This document shows positions 1 to 8,975 of a DNA stretch of 32,898 nucleotides, one piece after another. A model generated the notes under the pieces. It made no database searches. It saw only the letters and a list, made by a program, of their open reading frames with translations, and was not told where the DNA came from. Origin of the DNA: a bacterium (GTDB lineage: Bacteria > Hydrothermota > 32-111); NCBI GenBank assembly GCA_046484245.1, contig JAWOBN010000060.1, positions 1 through 32,898 of the forward strand, in the 5' to 3' direction. The position numbers were made by a program, and so were the translations under genes. Position 1 is the first letter of the stretch, and every line of letters begins with the position of its first letter.

Positions 1-123
1 CTTTTCAAGCGCAAAGACATAGGCGTGTGTCAGAAAGAAACAGGCCGCATCTACATCGTTCGTGCTATCTGCGGCTTCGGCATAAAGCGTGATCAGCCCC
101 GCCCTGTCATCGCGGGCGGCCGC
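1..123 (-). other. Foreign GC-rich fragment encoding part of a small hypothetical protein; probable chimeric contig end
   Basis: 68/120 G+C (57%) over 1-120, against 22/60 (37%) over 181-240. The minus strand reads AAARDDRAGLITLYAEAADSTNDVDAACFFLTHAYVFALEK without a stop. It interrupts the + strand permease frame (TGA at 90-92). Confidence 0.6.
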
Positions 124-848
124 TCTATCCGTGGATTCAGATTATAAGCATTACTGCATTCATAGTGCTTATTGTGGATATGGGACTCACTATCATTCTC
201 ATATCGCTCGGTACAATACTTATAGGCATTATTGTCTATTATTTATACGGCAAAAGTCATGCAACCGGTGATTTTGCTCTTCTCAATATTGTCAAGCGGG
301 TTGCAAACAAGGATCTCAAATACACCAATCTGGAGAATGAGCTCAAGGGAATACTCATGACCAGAGATAATGTACGCTCGGATTTCTTTGATGAATTGAT
401 TGACAGAGCAAGTATAATGGATCTTGATGAGAGAATGGGTCACAGAAAACTCTTTGATATTATTGCAGAGAGTATTGCAGGCCACAATCATCTCAAGCGG
501 GATAATGTCCTGAAGAAGCTGCGCTCCAGGGAGCATGAATCCAGTACTGTAATCAATCACTTTGTGGCAATACCCCATATCATAATACCGGGAGAGGATG
601 CTTTTGAACTGATAGTAATAAGAAGCAATAGAGGCATAGAGTTCCCCGACGGGCAGATTATTCATGCTGTATTTGCACTTGCCGGTACAATGAGCAGGAG
701 GAATCTCCACTTGAAGTCACTTGCTGCTATTGCCCAGATAATTCAGAATGAGTCATTTGAACCACTGTGGCTCAATGCCAAATCCACAGAGAATCTGAGG
801 GATATACTGCATCTTGCCAGAAGGAAAAGATTCCAGAAAGACAACTGA
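120..848 (+). CDS. 5'-truncated amino-acid permease (APC family, last TM helices) fused to a PTS EIIA (fructose/Ntr-type) domain
   Basis: Frame is open upstream of the track's GTG165 and reads PLYPWIQIISITAFIVLIVDMG, a typical APC C-terminal P-x-YP motif plus two TM helices. C-terminal domain has RE..SST...VAIPH (phospho-His motif) and HLKSLAAIAQ. Confidence 0.8.
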   Translation, partial: PLYPWIQIISITAFIVLIVDMGLTIILISLGTILIGIIVYYLYGKSHATGDFALLNIVKRVANKDLKYTNLENELKGILMTRDNVRSDFFDELIDRASIMDLDERMGHRKLFDIIAESIAGHNHLKRDNVLKKLRSREHESSTVINHFVAIPHIIIPGEDAFELIVIRSNRGIEFPDGQIIHAVFALAGTMSRRNLHLKSLAAIAQIIQNESFEPLWLNAKSTENLRDILHLARRKRFQKDN

Positions 849-881
849 AATTCAGTCCCCTGAACCTTCCCAATACTATTC

Positions 882-910
882 TTGACAGAGTCAGTCAATT
901 GTGATAATGT
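882..910 (+). promoter_or_regulatory. sigma70-type promoter for the Stn-like operon
   Basis: TTGACA (882-887), 17 nt, TAATGT (905-910); SD AAGGAG before ATG972. Confidence 0.6.
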
Positions 911-924
911 GAAATTTTTAACGA
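907..924. promoter_or_regulatory. Putative Rex operator
   Basis: ATGTGAA-ATTT-TTAACGA against the consensus TTGT(G/T)AA-N4-TT(C/A)ACAA (2 mismatches); a second perfect half-site TTAACAA at 943-949. Confidence 0.5.
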
Positions 925-971
925 GTTCTTTTATATAAATTCTTAACAATTTTTATAAATAAGGAGTCCTT

Positions 972-1430
972 ATGAGCGGTACAAAGGATGTCACAGTCGT
1001 GGATATTATCAAGAAATATCACGGCAGGAAGGGAACACTGATTCCCATACTCCAGGAGATACAGGAGACCTTCGGTTATATCTCGGATGAATCAGTTGAG
1101 GATATTGCCCGTCACACGGAATATGCGGAAAGCGACATTTACGGTGTTTCAACTTTCTATGCGCAGTTCAAGCATGAAAAACCGGGCAAGAACAATGTCA
1201 AGATATGTCAGGGCACTGCATGCCATGTAATTGGCGCAGACACCATTGCTGATTTTATATTTGATGAACTGGGTCTTGAGACCTACGGCACAACCCAAGA
1301 CAGGAAGTTTACTGTGGAAGAGGTTGCATGTCTGGGCTGCTGTTCACTTGCACCTGTTATTATGATTAACGGAGAGGTTTACGGCAAACTTACACCGGAC
1401 AAGATCAAGAAAATCCTTAAACAATTCTAA
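972..1430 (+). CDS. NuoE/HydC/StnA-like [2Fe-2S] subunit
   Basis: LIPILQEIQETFGYI, VSTFY, CQGTAC...CLGCC cluster ligands. Confidence 0.93.
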   Translation: MSGTKDVTVVDIIKKYHGRKGTLIPILQEIQETFGYISDESVEDIARHTEYAESDIYGVSTFYAQFKHEKPGKNNVKICQGTACHVIGADTIADFIFDELGLETYGTTQDRKFTVEEVACLGCCSLAPVIMINGEVYGKLTPDKIKKILKQF

Positions 1431-1442
1431 CCGGAGGCATTT

Positions 1443-3224
1443 GTGGGAAAATACAGAATATCTGTGGGAATGGGCTCATGCGGAATCGCTGCAGGCGCCA
1501 GACCCGTATATCAAAAACTCGCGGAACTTATCAATGCAAAAAATATGGACAATGTCAGGCTTGATAAGACCGGATGTGTCGGTATGTGCTATAAAGAGCC
1601 TCTTGTTGAGATTGAAGACATGGAGTCAGGCAGAACAGTGCTCTATGGTGATATTGACGCAAAGAAGATAGAGAAAATAGTTGAGAGTCATCTGCTCTCA
1701 GGTGAAGAGATAGAGAAGTGGATAGTGAAATCATCAGACAAGAAGGGCAGTGAAGAGAATCTCTTTGACAAACAGGTGAGAATTGTATTCAAGAGGACAG
1801 GCATCATTGATCCTGAAAGCATGGATGAATTCATTGAAACAGACGGTTTCAAGGCACTTGAGAAAGCAATCAAGGAAATGACGCCTGACGAGATTATCAA
1901 GGAAATTACTGATGCAGGACTCAGGGGAAGAGGCGGAGCAGGATTCCCCACAGGCATCAAGTGGAGTCTTGCAAGAAAATCAGAGAGTGACAAGAAGTAT
2001 CTTGTCTGCAATGCTGATGAGGGTGACCCCGGTGCATTCATGGACAAGGGCATACTGGAAGGCGACCCGTACAATCTCATTGAAGGCATGATAATAGGCG
2101 CCTATGCAATTGGAGCTGATGAGGGTTATATATACTGCAGGGCGGAATACCCGCTTGCAGTGAAGCGTCTTAATATGGCAATTGAGAACTGCCTGAAGAA
2201 TAATTATCTCGGTGATAATATACTGGGAACCGATTTCTCATTCACACTGCATGTCAAAGAGGGTGCAGGCGCCTTTGTCTGCGGTGAAGAGACAGCACTT
2301 ATGCAGTCCATTGAAGGCAAAAGGGGCATGCCCACATTGAGACCCCCCTATCCTGCTCAGAGCGGCATCTGGGGCAAACCGACCAATATAAACAATGTTG
2401 AATCACTAGCCAATATTGCCTGGATAATCAGGAACGGCTCTGATAAATACAGCCAGTACGGCACAGAAAAATCGCACGGCACAAAGGCATTCTCACTCTC
2501 AGGCAATATCAACAGGACAGGACTCATTGAAGTGCCCATGGGCATTACCCTGAGAGAGATCATCTTTGATGTCGGGGGCGGAATACCGGGCGGCAAGAAA
2601 TTCAAGGCAGTCCAGGTAGGCGGGCCGTCAGGCGGATGCATACCCGAACATCTTATAGATACTTCCGTTGACTATGATTCACTCGGTGCAACCGGAGCTA
2701 TAATGGGTTCGGGAGGCATGGTTGTGATGGATGAGGAATCATGCATGGTTGAGGTCGCAAGATATTTCCTCAATTTCACGCAGAAGGAATCATGCGGTAA
2801 ATGCACATTCTGCAGAGTCGGCACAAAGAGAATGTATGAAATACTCTCACGTATTGTTGAAGGCAATGGAGAGGAGGGCGATATTGAAAAACTGGAGGAG
2901 CTTGCCGGTATGGTCAAGGAATCATCACTATGCGGTCTCGGACAGACAGCACCCAATCCCGTGCTGACAACAATCAAGTATTTCAGGGATGAATATGAAG
3001 CCCATATAAGAGACAAGGAATGTCCTGCAAAACAATGCAGGGATCTTATAGAATTCACAATTGACCCTGATAAATGCAAGAAATGCGGCATATGTGCTAA
3101 GAACTGCCCTGTTGACTGTATTGAGGGCGATAAGGAGACACCGTATGTCATTAATCAGGAAGAGTGTATTAAATGCGGCAGCTGCAGGAATGTGTGCCCG
3201 TTTGATGCAGTTGATGTGAAGTAG
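1443..3224 (+). CDS. NuoF/HydB/StnB-like FMN- and NADH-binding subunit
   Basis: N-terminal thioredoxin-like 2Fe-2S domain, GLRGRGGAGFPTG, CNADEGDPGAFMD, CGEETAL, ESCGKCTFCR, C-terminal 2x[4Fe-4S] (CKKCGIC..CP; CIKCGSC..CP); GTG start with SD GGAGG. Confidence 0.95.
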   Translation: MGKYRISVGMGSCGIAAGARPVYQKLAELINAKNMDNVRLDKTGCVGMCYKEPLVEIEDMESGRTVLYGDIDAKKIEKIVESHLLSGEEIEKWIVKSSDKKGSEENLFDKQVRIVFKRTGIIDPESMDEFIETDGFKALEKAIKEMTPDEIIKEITDAGLRGRGGAGFPTGIKWSLARKSESDKKYLVCNADEGDPGAFMDKGILEGDPYNLIEGMIIGAYAIGADEGYIYCRAEYPLAVKRLNMAIENCLKNNYLGDNILGTDFSFTLHVKEGAGAFVCGEETALMQSIEGKRGMPTLRPPYPAQSGIWGKPTNINNVESLANIAWIIRNGSDKYSQYGTEKSHGTKAFSLSGNINRTGLIEVPMGITLREIIFDVGGGIPGGKKFKAVQVGGPSGGCIPEHLIDTSVDYDSLGATGAIMGSGGMVVMDEESCMVEVARYFLNFTQKESCGKCTFCRVGTKRMYEILSRIVEGNGEEGDIEKLEELAGMVKESSLCGLGQTAPNPVLTTIKYFRDEYEAHIRDKECPAKQCRDLIEFTIDPDKCKKCGICAKNCPVDCIEGDKETPYVINQEECIKCGSCRNVCPFDAVDVK

Positions 3225-3233
3225 GAGGTCATG

Positions 3234-6200
3234 ATGAGTAAAGTTACAATAAATATAAATGGCAAAGATTATCAGACAGACAGCAGTAATACTGTTCTTC
3301 TTGCATGCAGGGAAGCGGGTATTGACATACCGACTCTCTGCTATCATGAACAGCTGGAGCCATACGGTTCATGTTTTTTATGCACTGTGGAGATTGAAGG
3401 CGCAAAGACAAAATATACAGTATCCTGCGGCACAAAGGTGAGAGACGGGATGAAAGTCAGGACAGACACAAAGGCAATCTGGAATCAGAGGAAGATGGCC
3501 CTTGAGCTGCTTCTCTCCAATCATTATGCTGACTGCAGAGCGCCGTGCTATAATGAATGCCCTTCCAATGTTGATGTGCAGGGATATATAGCAGCAATTG
3601 CAGAAGAAAATTATCATGAGGCAATCAAGATTATCAAAAAGACCAATCCGTTTCCTGCTGTATGCGGAAGGGTCTGCACAAGACCCTGCGAGGATGAGTG
3701 CAGAAGGAATCTTGTGGATTCAAAGGTGGGCATTGATTTTCTCAAGAGATATGCTTCAGACAAGGACCTTGCTTCTCAGTATGCATTTATGCCTGAAATC
3801 AAGGACAAGAAAGAGAAGAAGATCGCTGTAATAGGCGCAGGTCCCTCAGGACTCTCAGCAGCTTATTATCTGGCTATTGAAGGTTATGACATTGATGTGT
3901 TTGAGATGTATGAAAAAGCAGGCGGGATGCTGAGATACGGCATACCCCAGTACCGTCTTCCCGATGAGGTGCTTGACACTGAGATAAAACAGATAACAGA
4001 CCTGGGGCCGGAGATACATTACAATCAGCGTCTCGGCAGGGACTTCACACTGGATGAACTGAAAGAGAAGGGTTATGAATCAATATATATTGCAATAGGC
4101 GCGCATGAATGCATGTACATGGGCATTGAGAATGATGATGCAGAAGGCGCATGGGGCGGCATAGACCTGCTCCGCGATGTTGCAGCAGGCAAGGATATTG
4201 ACCTGGGTAAAGAGGTTGTTGTTGTCGGAGGCGGCAATACTGCAATTGATGCTGCAAGGGTTTCAAGGAGACTCGGATGTAATGTCTCAATGGTGTACAG
4301 AAGAACAATAAAGGAAATGCCTGCACATGACGCTGAGATAGAGGATGCACAGGAAGAGGGCATAGATATAAAATTCCTCACCAATCCGGTAAAGGTCATA
4401 AAGGACAGTGAGGGCAAGGTAGAAGGTGTTGAATGCGTGAAAATGGAACTGGGCAAACCGGACAGTTCAGGCAGGAGAAGGCCTATACCAATTGAAGGCA
4501 GTGAGTTTATAATAAAAGCTGATTCTGTTGTTTTTGCTATTGGTCAGAAATCCGAGATAAAGTGCATATCAACACCCACGGGTGAGATTCACAAGCAGAT
4601 AGAATTCACTGACTGGAAAACAGTTGTCACAGATGAAAAAACATTCATGACAGATGTGAAAGGCGTATTTGCCGGAGGCGATTTCCGCAGAGGCGCTGAT
4701 ACTGTGATAGGCGGTATTGCGGACGGCAAGAAAGCAGCCTGGGTTATTGACAGGTATCTCCAGACAGGGGAAATAATTGAATATCCCGAACAGTTCTACT
4801 CAAAGAAGGACAATCTCAAAAAGCAGATTGAAGATGATTATGCGCATTTTGAGAAGAAGGATAAACAGGAAATGCCCAAACTCTCACCTGAAGAAAGAAT
4901 AGAGGATTTCAAGGAGGTTGAACAGGGGTTCAATGACGAGCAGGCTCAGAAGGAAGCAGACAGATGTCTTGAATGCGGATGCAAGGCAGTATTCAATTGT
5001 GAACTCAAAGACAGCTCCGATGATTACACTGTTCAGCAGGATAAATTCTACGGGGAATTCAAAGACATGGAGGCAGATGAGAGACACCCTTACATCACAT
5101 TTGAACCGAATAAATGCATATCATGCGCAAGATGCATAAGGATGTGCAAAGAGGTTCTGGGCCTCAGTGTACTGGGATTTGAGAACAGGGGATTCAAGAC
5201 AGTGGTAAGACCTGCAATGAATAAACCGCTTCAGGAAACAGACTGCATTTCCTGCGGATTATGCGCAGATGCCTGTCCTACAGGAGCTATTGTCATAAAG
5301 CCCGATACTGTAAAACCGGGACCATTCAAATTGGAGACAGAAGAGACAGTGTGCCCCTTCTGCTCATTCGGATGCAGGATTGAGGTAAAGAAGATAGGCA
5401 ATAAGATAGTCGGTGTAAACGGCATTAAGGACTCTGATACAAATCTCTACGGCAATATATGCAAAAGAGCAAGGTTCGGATTCATTGAACTGAATAAAGC
5501 TGCTCGTGACAAGACATCTGCAATTGCCATTGAAGATGCAGCTGACAAGGCTGTTCAGTATATTAATGATAATAAACCTGCTATTATTGCAGGCGAGACA
5601 GCCACATTTGAGGAATTATCTTTACTGAAAGCCATTGCATCAGCAGCTGATGTCAAACTGCTGCCTGCTGCCCGGCTCTCTTCACTGAAAAGCACTGTTA
5701 CATATAATGACGTTGAAGCATATGATAATATCATATTGGCAGGCATCAATCCCTTTGAAGACAGTCCGATGATAATGCCTGCAGTGAACAGGGCTCGCAA
5801 GAATGGTTCTCAGCTTGCATATTTCGGCAAAGAGAATATCAGTATAATGAGGATATCCGATATATATGAAATAACAGATGATTATAATGACATTGAAAAA
5901 CATCAGTTTGAAGGTAAAACAGTTATCATATCATCTCATGCTGCAATGGAAAACAATAATGATGCTGTTATTGCCGGTATTGCAGATAAACACGCTTATG
6001 AGGTCATATATCTCGGCAGAGGGGCAAATGCCCCGGCAATGAATATACTCATATCGCAGTCCGGCAGTGAGCCGGACAAGGCATTGTATTATCTTGCACA
6101 CGGTGATAATGGTCTTGTTATGAGTTTCATCAATCCGGATGAGAATGACCGGTTCATACGCATCAATATCCCATATGCTGAAGAGGGTATACAGATAAAC

Positions 6201-6419
6201 AGTGAATATAGAGCAATGAAGAGAAAACAGGTGGTAAAAGACCTTGAGTTTTCCAATAGGGCTTTGCTTGAACTTATTCTGGATAAACTCAGCGGCAGTA
6301 TTGACTCATCTGTATGGCCGGAAGATGGTCAAATGATGGCGGAAAGCATAAACATACCGGAAGAATTATCTGACAGGAAAATATTGCCCAATTCATTGAA
6401 TAAGATAGATATACTGTAA
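3234..6419 (+). CDS. StnC-like large subunit: NuoG-type 2Fe-2S, GltD/NfnB-like FAD/NADP(H) oxidoreductase, Fe-S clusters and a degenerate molybdopterin-fold tail
   Basis: IPTLC..GSCFLC; CGRVC.RPCE..CRR; GAGPSG (FAD); GGGNTAIDAAR..YRR (NADPH); CISCARC, CISCGLC; CPFCSFGC..C. Second ATG (3234) fits SD GGAGG better than 3231. Confidence 0.85.
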   Translation: MSKVTININGKDYQTDSSNTVLLACREAGIDIPTLCYHEQLEPYGSCFLCTVEIEGAKTKYTVSCGTKVRDGMKVRTDTKAIWNQRKMALELLLSNHYADCRAPCYNECPSNVDVQGYIAAIAEENYHEAIKIIKKTNPFPAVCGRVCTRPCEDECRRNLVDSKVGIDFLKRYASDKDLASQYAFMPEIKDKKEKKIAVIGAGPSGLSAAYYLAIEGYDIDVFEMYEKAGGMLRYGIPQYRLPDEVLDTEIKQITDLGPEIHYNQRLGRDFTLDELKEKGYESIYIAIGAHECMYMGIENDDAEGAWGGIDLLRDVAAGKDIDLGKEVVVVGGGNTAIDAARVSRRLGCNVSMVYRRTIKEMPAHDAEIEDAQEEGIDIKFLTNPVKVIKDSEGKVEGVECVKMELGKPDSSGRRRPIPIEGSEFIIKADSVVFAIGQKSEIKCISTPTGEIHKQIEFTDWKTVVTDEKTFMTDVKGVFAGGDFRRGADTVIGGIADGKKAAWVIDRYLQTGEIIEYPEQFYSKKDNLKKQIEDDYAHFEKKDKQEMPKLSPEERIEDFKEVEQGFNDEQAQKEADRCLECGCKAVFNCELKDSSDDYTVQQDKFYGEFKDMEADERHPYITFEPNKCISCARCIRMCKEVLGLSVLGFENRGFKTVVRPAMNKPLQETDCISCGLCADACPTGAIVIKPDTVKPGPFKLETEETVCPFCSFGCRIEVKKIGNKIVGVNGIKDSDTNLYGNICKRARFGFIELNKAARDKTSAIAIEDAADKAVQYINDNKPAIIAGETATFEELSLLKAIASAADVKLLPAARLSSLKSTVTYNDVEAYDNIILAGINPFEDSPMIMPAVNRARKNGSQLAYFGKENISIMRISDIYEITDDYNDIEKHQFEGKTVIISSHAAMENNNDAVIAGIADKHAYEVIYLGRGANAPAMNILISQSGSEPDKALYYLAHGDNGLVMSFINPDENDRFIRINIPYAEEGIQINSEYRAMKRKQVVKDLEFSNRALLELILDKLSGSIDSSVWPEDGQMMAESINIPEELSDRKILPNSLNKIDIL

Positions 6420-6424
6420 AACGG

Positions 6425-6459
6425 TTTTATAAGCCCCGCAAATTGCGGGGCTTATAAAA
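6425..6459. terminator. Perfect 17-bp inverted repeat after the Stn-like operon (probable terminator or 3' stabilising hairpin)
   Basis: TTTTATAAGCCCCGCAA-A-TTGCGGGGCTTATAAAA; no long U-tract follows on either strand. Confidence 0.6.
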
Positions 6460-6471
6460 TAAAATTTCCCC

Positions 6472-6500
6472 TTGACAAAAAAGCGATTATTATGTATAAA
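6472..6500 (+). promoter_or_regulatory. sigma70-type promoter for HTH-pilMNOPQ
   Basis: TTGACA (6472-6477), 17 nt, TATAAA (6495-6500). Confidence 0.75.
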
Positions 6501-6540
6501 TATATATAGTTATGATTAAGTATATATCAAACCGTATCAT
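6491..6540 (+). repeat. Five imperfect 10-bp tandem direct repeats overlapping -10/+1
   Basis: TATGTATAAA / TATATATAGT / TATGATTAAG / TATATATCAA / ACCGTATCAT. Confidence 0.45.
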
Positions 6541-6557
6541 TAGACGTGAGGGGCTGT

Positions 6558-6743
6558 ATGGCTATATCCATAGATAGAATAGATTCCAATAAGTTCTACA
6601 ATGTTGAAGAGGTGTCAAAGATTCTCAATGTATCAACACAGACAGTGCGCAGACATCTCAGAGAGGAATCCCTCATAGGAAAGAAAATAGGAAGAAGATG
6701 GCATATTAAAGGTTTGGAAATAAAGAAATTCATTGAAAAATAA
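6558..6743 (+). CDS. Small excisionase/MerR-like (HTH_17, BldC-like) DNA-binding protein
   Basis: YNVEEVSKILNVSTQTVRRHLRE..L.GKKIGRRWHI matches the Xis-type winged HTH pattern; SD GAGGGG before ATG6558. Confidence 0.88.
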   Translation: MAISIDRIDSNKFYNVEEVSKILNVSTQTVRRHLREESLIGKKIGRRWHIKGLEIKKFIEK

Positions 6744-6758
6744 TAAAAGGATGGGACT

Positions 6759-7787
6759 ATGGCATTCAAAAAAAGAAAAAAACCTGTACTGGGATTGGAT
6801 GTAGGAAGTTCCTATATCAAATATTCAATCCTGGATCTTTCAGGCAATGAACCTGTTCTAACCGATTATGGAATAACCGAGTTATCTGACGGTTCAATTG
6901 CGGACGGTGAAATAATGGACCGTCTTGCTCTTGTGGAAACAGTAAAGAGTCTTCTGACCTCCAAGGAGGTGAAGGTCAAGGAAGTAAGCACCGGCCTTCT
7001 GGGAAGGGGTGTTATTGTCAAGAAGATCAAGATGGACCAGATGAAGGAATCAGAGCTCAATATTCTTGTCAAGCAGGAAGCAGAGAATAATATCCCCTAT
7101 GGCATAGAGGATGTGCAGATTGACTATAAAATACTCGGTCCCTCCGATGAGGAAGGTAAAATAGATGTACTGCTTGTAGCAGCTAAAAAAGAAATCCTTG
7201 CTCCATTCATTGAATTGATAAAGGAAATAGAGCTTGTACCCGCAGTTATTGATGTGCCTGCATTCGCCATACAGAATTGTTTTGAGCTGAATTACGAACC
7301 CGAGCCGGGAACTGTCTATGCATTGGTGCACATAGGATATGAAACAACTATCCTCTCTTTCATTGAAGCTGAGCAGAATCTCTTCACCAGGGATGTCGCA
7401 GTGGCAATCAAATCCACACTGCAGAAAATCCCGGGTGCGACAAAGGATCAGATAGATGCAATATTCAGGGGTGAAGAAGTTGAGGGCCTTGCTGATGAGG
7501 TTGTAAAAGAGGGATTGGAATCATTTTTTGATGAACTGGCTGTCAATGTTGAAAGAGCAATACCATTTACAAACCGCGATAATGTTGATAAGATAGTATT
7601 GTCCGGCGGAGGATCCAATGCTGAAGGTATTGTGGATTTCTTTAATGCAAGATTTGAAACAGAAACAGAGAAGATAGATCCTTTTAAGAAAATAAAGATC
7701 AAGGAAGGGCTGTTCGCACTTGATGAAATAGAGAAGGTCGCGCCGCTGCTTGTCCTTTCTCTTGGTTTAAGCCTGCGTTCATCATAA
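6759..7787 (+). CDS. pilM: Type IV pilus assembly protein PilM
   Basis: Actin-like GLDVGSSYIK, EAENNIPY...IDY, VLLVAAKK, LSGGG, LSLGLSLR; first gene of the pil cluster. Confidence 0.93.
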   Translation: MAFKKRKKPVLGLDVGSSYIKYSILDLSGNEPVLTDYGITELSDGSIADGEIMDRLALVETVKSLLTSKEVKVKEVSTGLLGRGVIVKKIKMDQMKESELNILVKQEAENNIPYGIEDVQIDYKILGPSDEEGKIDVLLVAAKKEILAPFIELIKEIELVPAVIDVPAFAIQNCFELNYEPEPGTVYALVHIGYETTILSFIEAEQNLFTRDVAVAIKSTLQKIPGATKDQIDAIFRGEEVEGLADEVVKEGLESFFDELAVNVERAIPFTNRDNVDKIVLSGGGSNAEGIVDFFNARFETETEKIDPFKKIKIKEGLFALDEIEKVAPLLVLSLGLSLRSS

Positions 7788-7800
7788 AAAAGAGGTTATT

Positions 7801-8382
7801 ATGATAGAAATAAATTTACTGCCAGAAGAAGAGCGGAAACGGAAACGCGAATTTTCCATGCCTTCACTTTCACTGAATGTACCGGGCAATATGATGTTCT
7901 ATGCCGGTATAGGAGCTGTGGTAATCATTCTCGCTGTTTTGATTATTATTCATTTCTCCCAGACAGGAACAATAGGCCGTCTGACAAAAGACATTGATGA
8001 GAAGAAAACAGAGCTCAAGCGTCTTGAAGCAGAAAAGAAGAAAGTGGAGAATATGAAGGCAAAAGAGGAAAAGATATCGCAGAAGATCAATACTATCAAG
8101 AAACTTGCAGTTGGAAAATTCACCTATCCCAGGTTCTTTGACCAGTTGAACAGGAATATACCGGATTATCTCTGGCTCAGTTCATTAAAGGTTAATGGCC
8201 AGCGTCTCAGTATTTCGGGGAAGACATTCTCAAATCTGATGATAACGGATTTCCTGGCAAATCTCAAAGGCATGGATGAATTCATTGACAAGGGTTCCAT
8301 TGAACTGAAGGACCTTGTTTCCCAAAGAACGGACGGGCATGATATTATTAGTTTTGAAATCTCCTGCAAATTCTTAAAGTAA
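7801..8382 (+). CDS. pilN: Type IV pilus assembly protein PilN
   Basis: N-terminal INLLP motif, TM helix, coiled coil, IPDYLWLSSL. Confidence 0.92.
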   Translation: MIEINLLPEEERKRKREFSMPSLSLNVPGNMMFYAGIGAVVIILAVLIIIHFSQTGTIGRLTKDIDEKKTELKRLEAEKKKVENMKAKEEKISQKINTIKKLAVGKFTYPRFFDQLNRNIPDYLWLSSLKVNGQRLSISGKTFSNLMITDFLANLKGMDEFIDKGSIELKDLVSQRTDGHDIISFEISCKFLK

Positions 8383-8393
8383 CGGGGGTTTAA

Positions 8394-8975
8394 ATGGATA
8401 AAACATTACTTAGAAATATTATAATCACCGCAGTCATAGTCATTGCAGTCGGTTTCCTTTACTGGAAATTTGATTATTCCAAGAATGCTGAGAAGATAAG
8501 CCAGCTGCAGAAAGAGTATGATAAGGTGAACACACAGGTTGCAGAAGCCCGTAAAGTGGCAAGCAGGATGGATGAATACATCCAGAAACTGAAGGTGCTT
8601 GAAGCCCAGCTGAAGGTTGCCGACAAGATGCTTCCGGATTCACAGTACTTTGAAGAAGTGATTGATACTATCACACTGCTTGCTGAAAGAAACAATGTAA
8701 AGATAAAGAAAATGTCCCCCAAACCTGTATCACGGGGTTCCGGATCATCATCAATGAGTTTTGGTCTGGAGGTGTTGGGCAAATTCAGTACCATAGGTCT
8801 CTATCTCACATCACTGGGAAACCAGTCAAGGATATTCAAAGCACAGGACCTTGAAATAAGTCCCATATCCAGCACTCCTGAAGGTGACTATACTGTCTCG
8901 GCCAAATTCTCAGTAACCACTTATTTCAAAGGGACCTCAAATGGAGAAAACAGTCAAAAGGGTGGTGAAAAATGA
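8394..8975 (+). CDS. pilO: Type IV pilus assembly protein PilO
   Basis: TM plus coiled coil, MLP, G.F..IG.YL..L...R pattern; position in the operon. Confidence 0.88.
   Translation: MDKTLLRNIIITAVIVIAVGFLYWKFDYSKNAEKISQLQKEYDKVNTQVAEARKVASRMDEYIQKLKVLEAQLKVADKMLPDSQYFEEVIDTITLLAERNNVKIKKMSPKPVSRGSGSSSMSFGLEVLGKFSTIGLYLTSLGNQSRIFKAQDLEISPISSTPEGDYTVSAKFSVTTYFKGTSNGENSQKGGEK

Noticed and set aside
972..6419. Respiratory complex I, [FeFe]-hydrogenase, formate dehydrogenase or glutamate synthase
   Set aside because: No membrane nuo genes, no H-cluster motifs, no intact Mo/W-bisPGD domain and no gltB.
6558..6743. Prophage or ICE excisionase marking a mobile element
   Set aside because: No integrase, att repeat or phage genes; it is the first gene of the pil operon.
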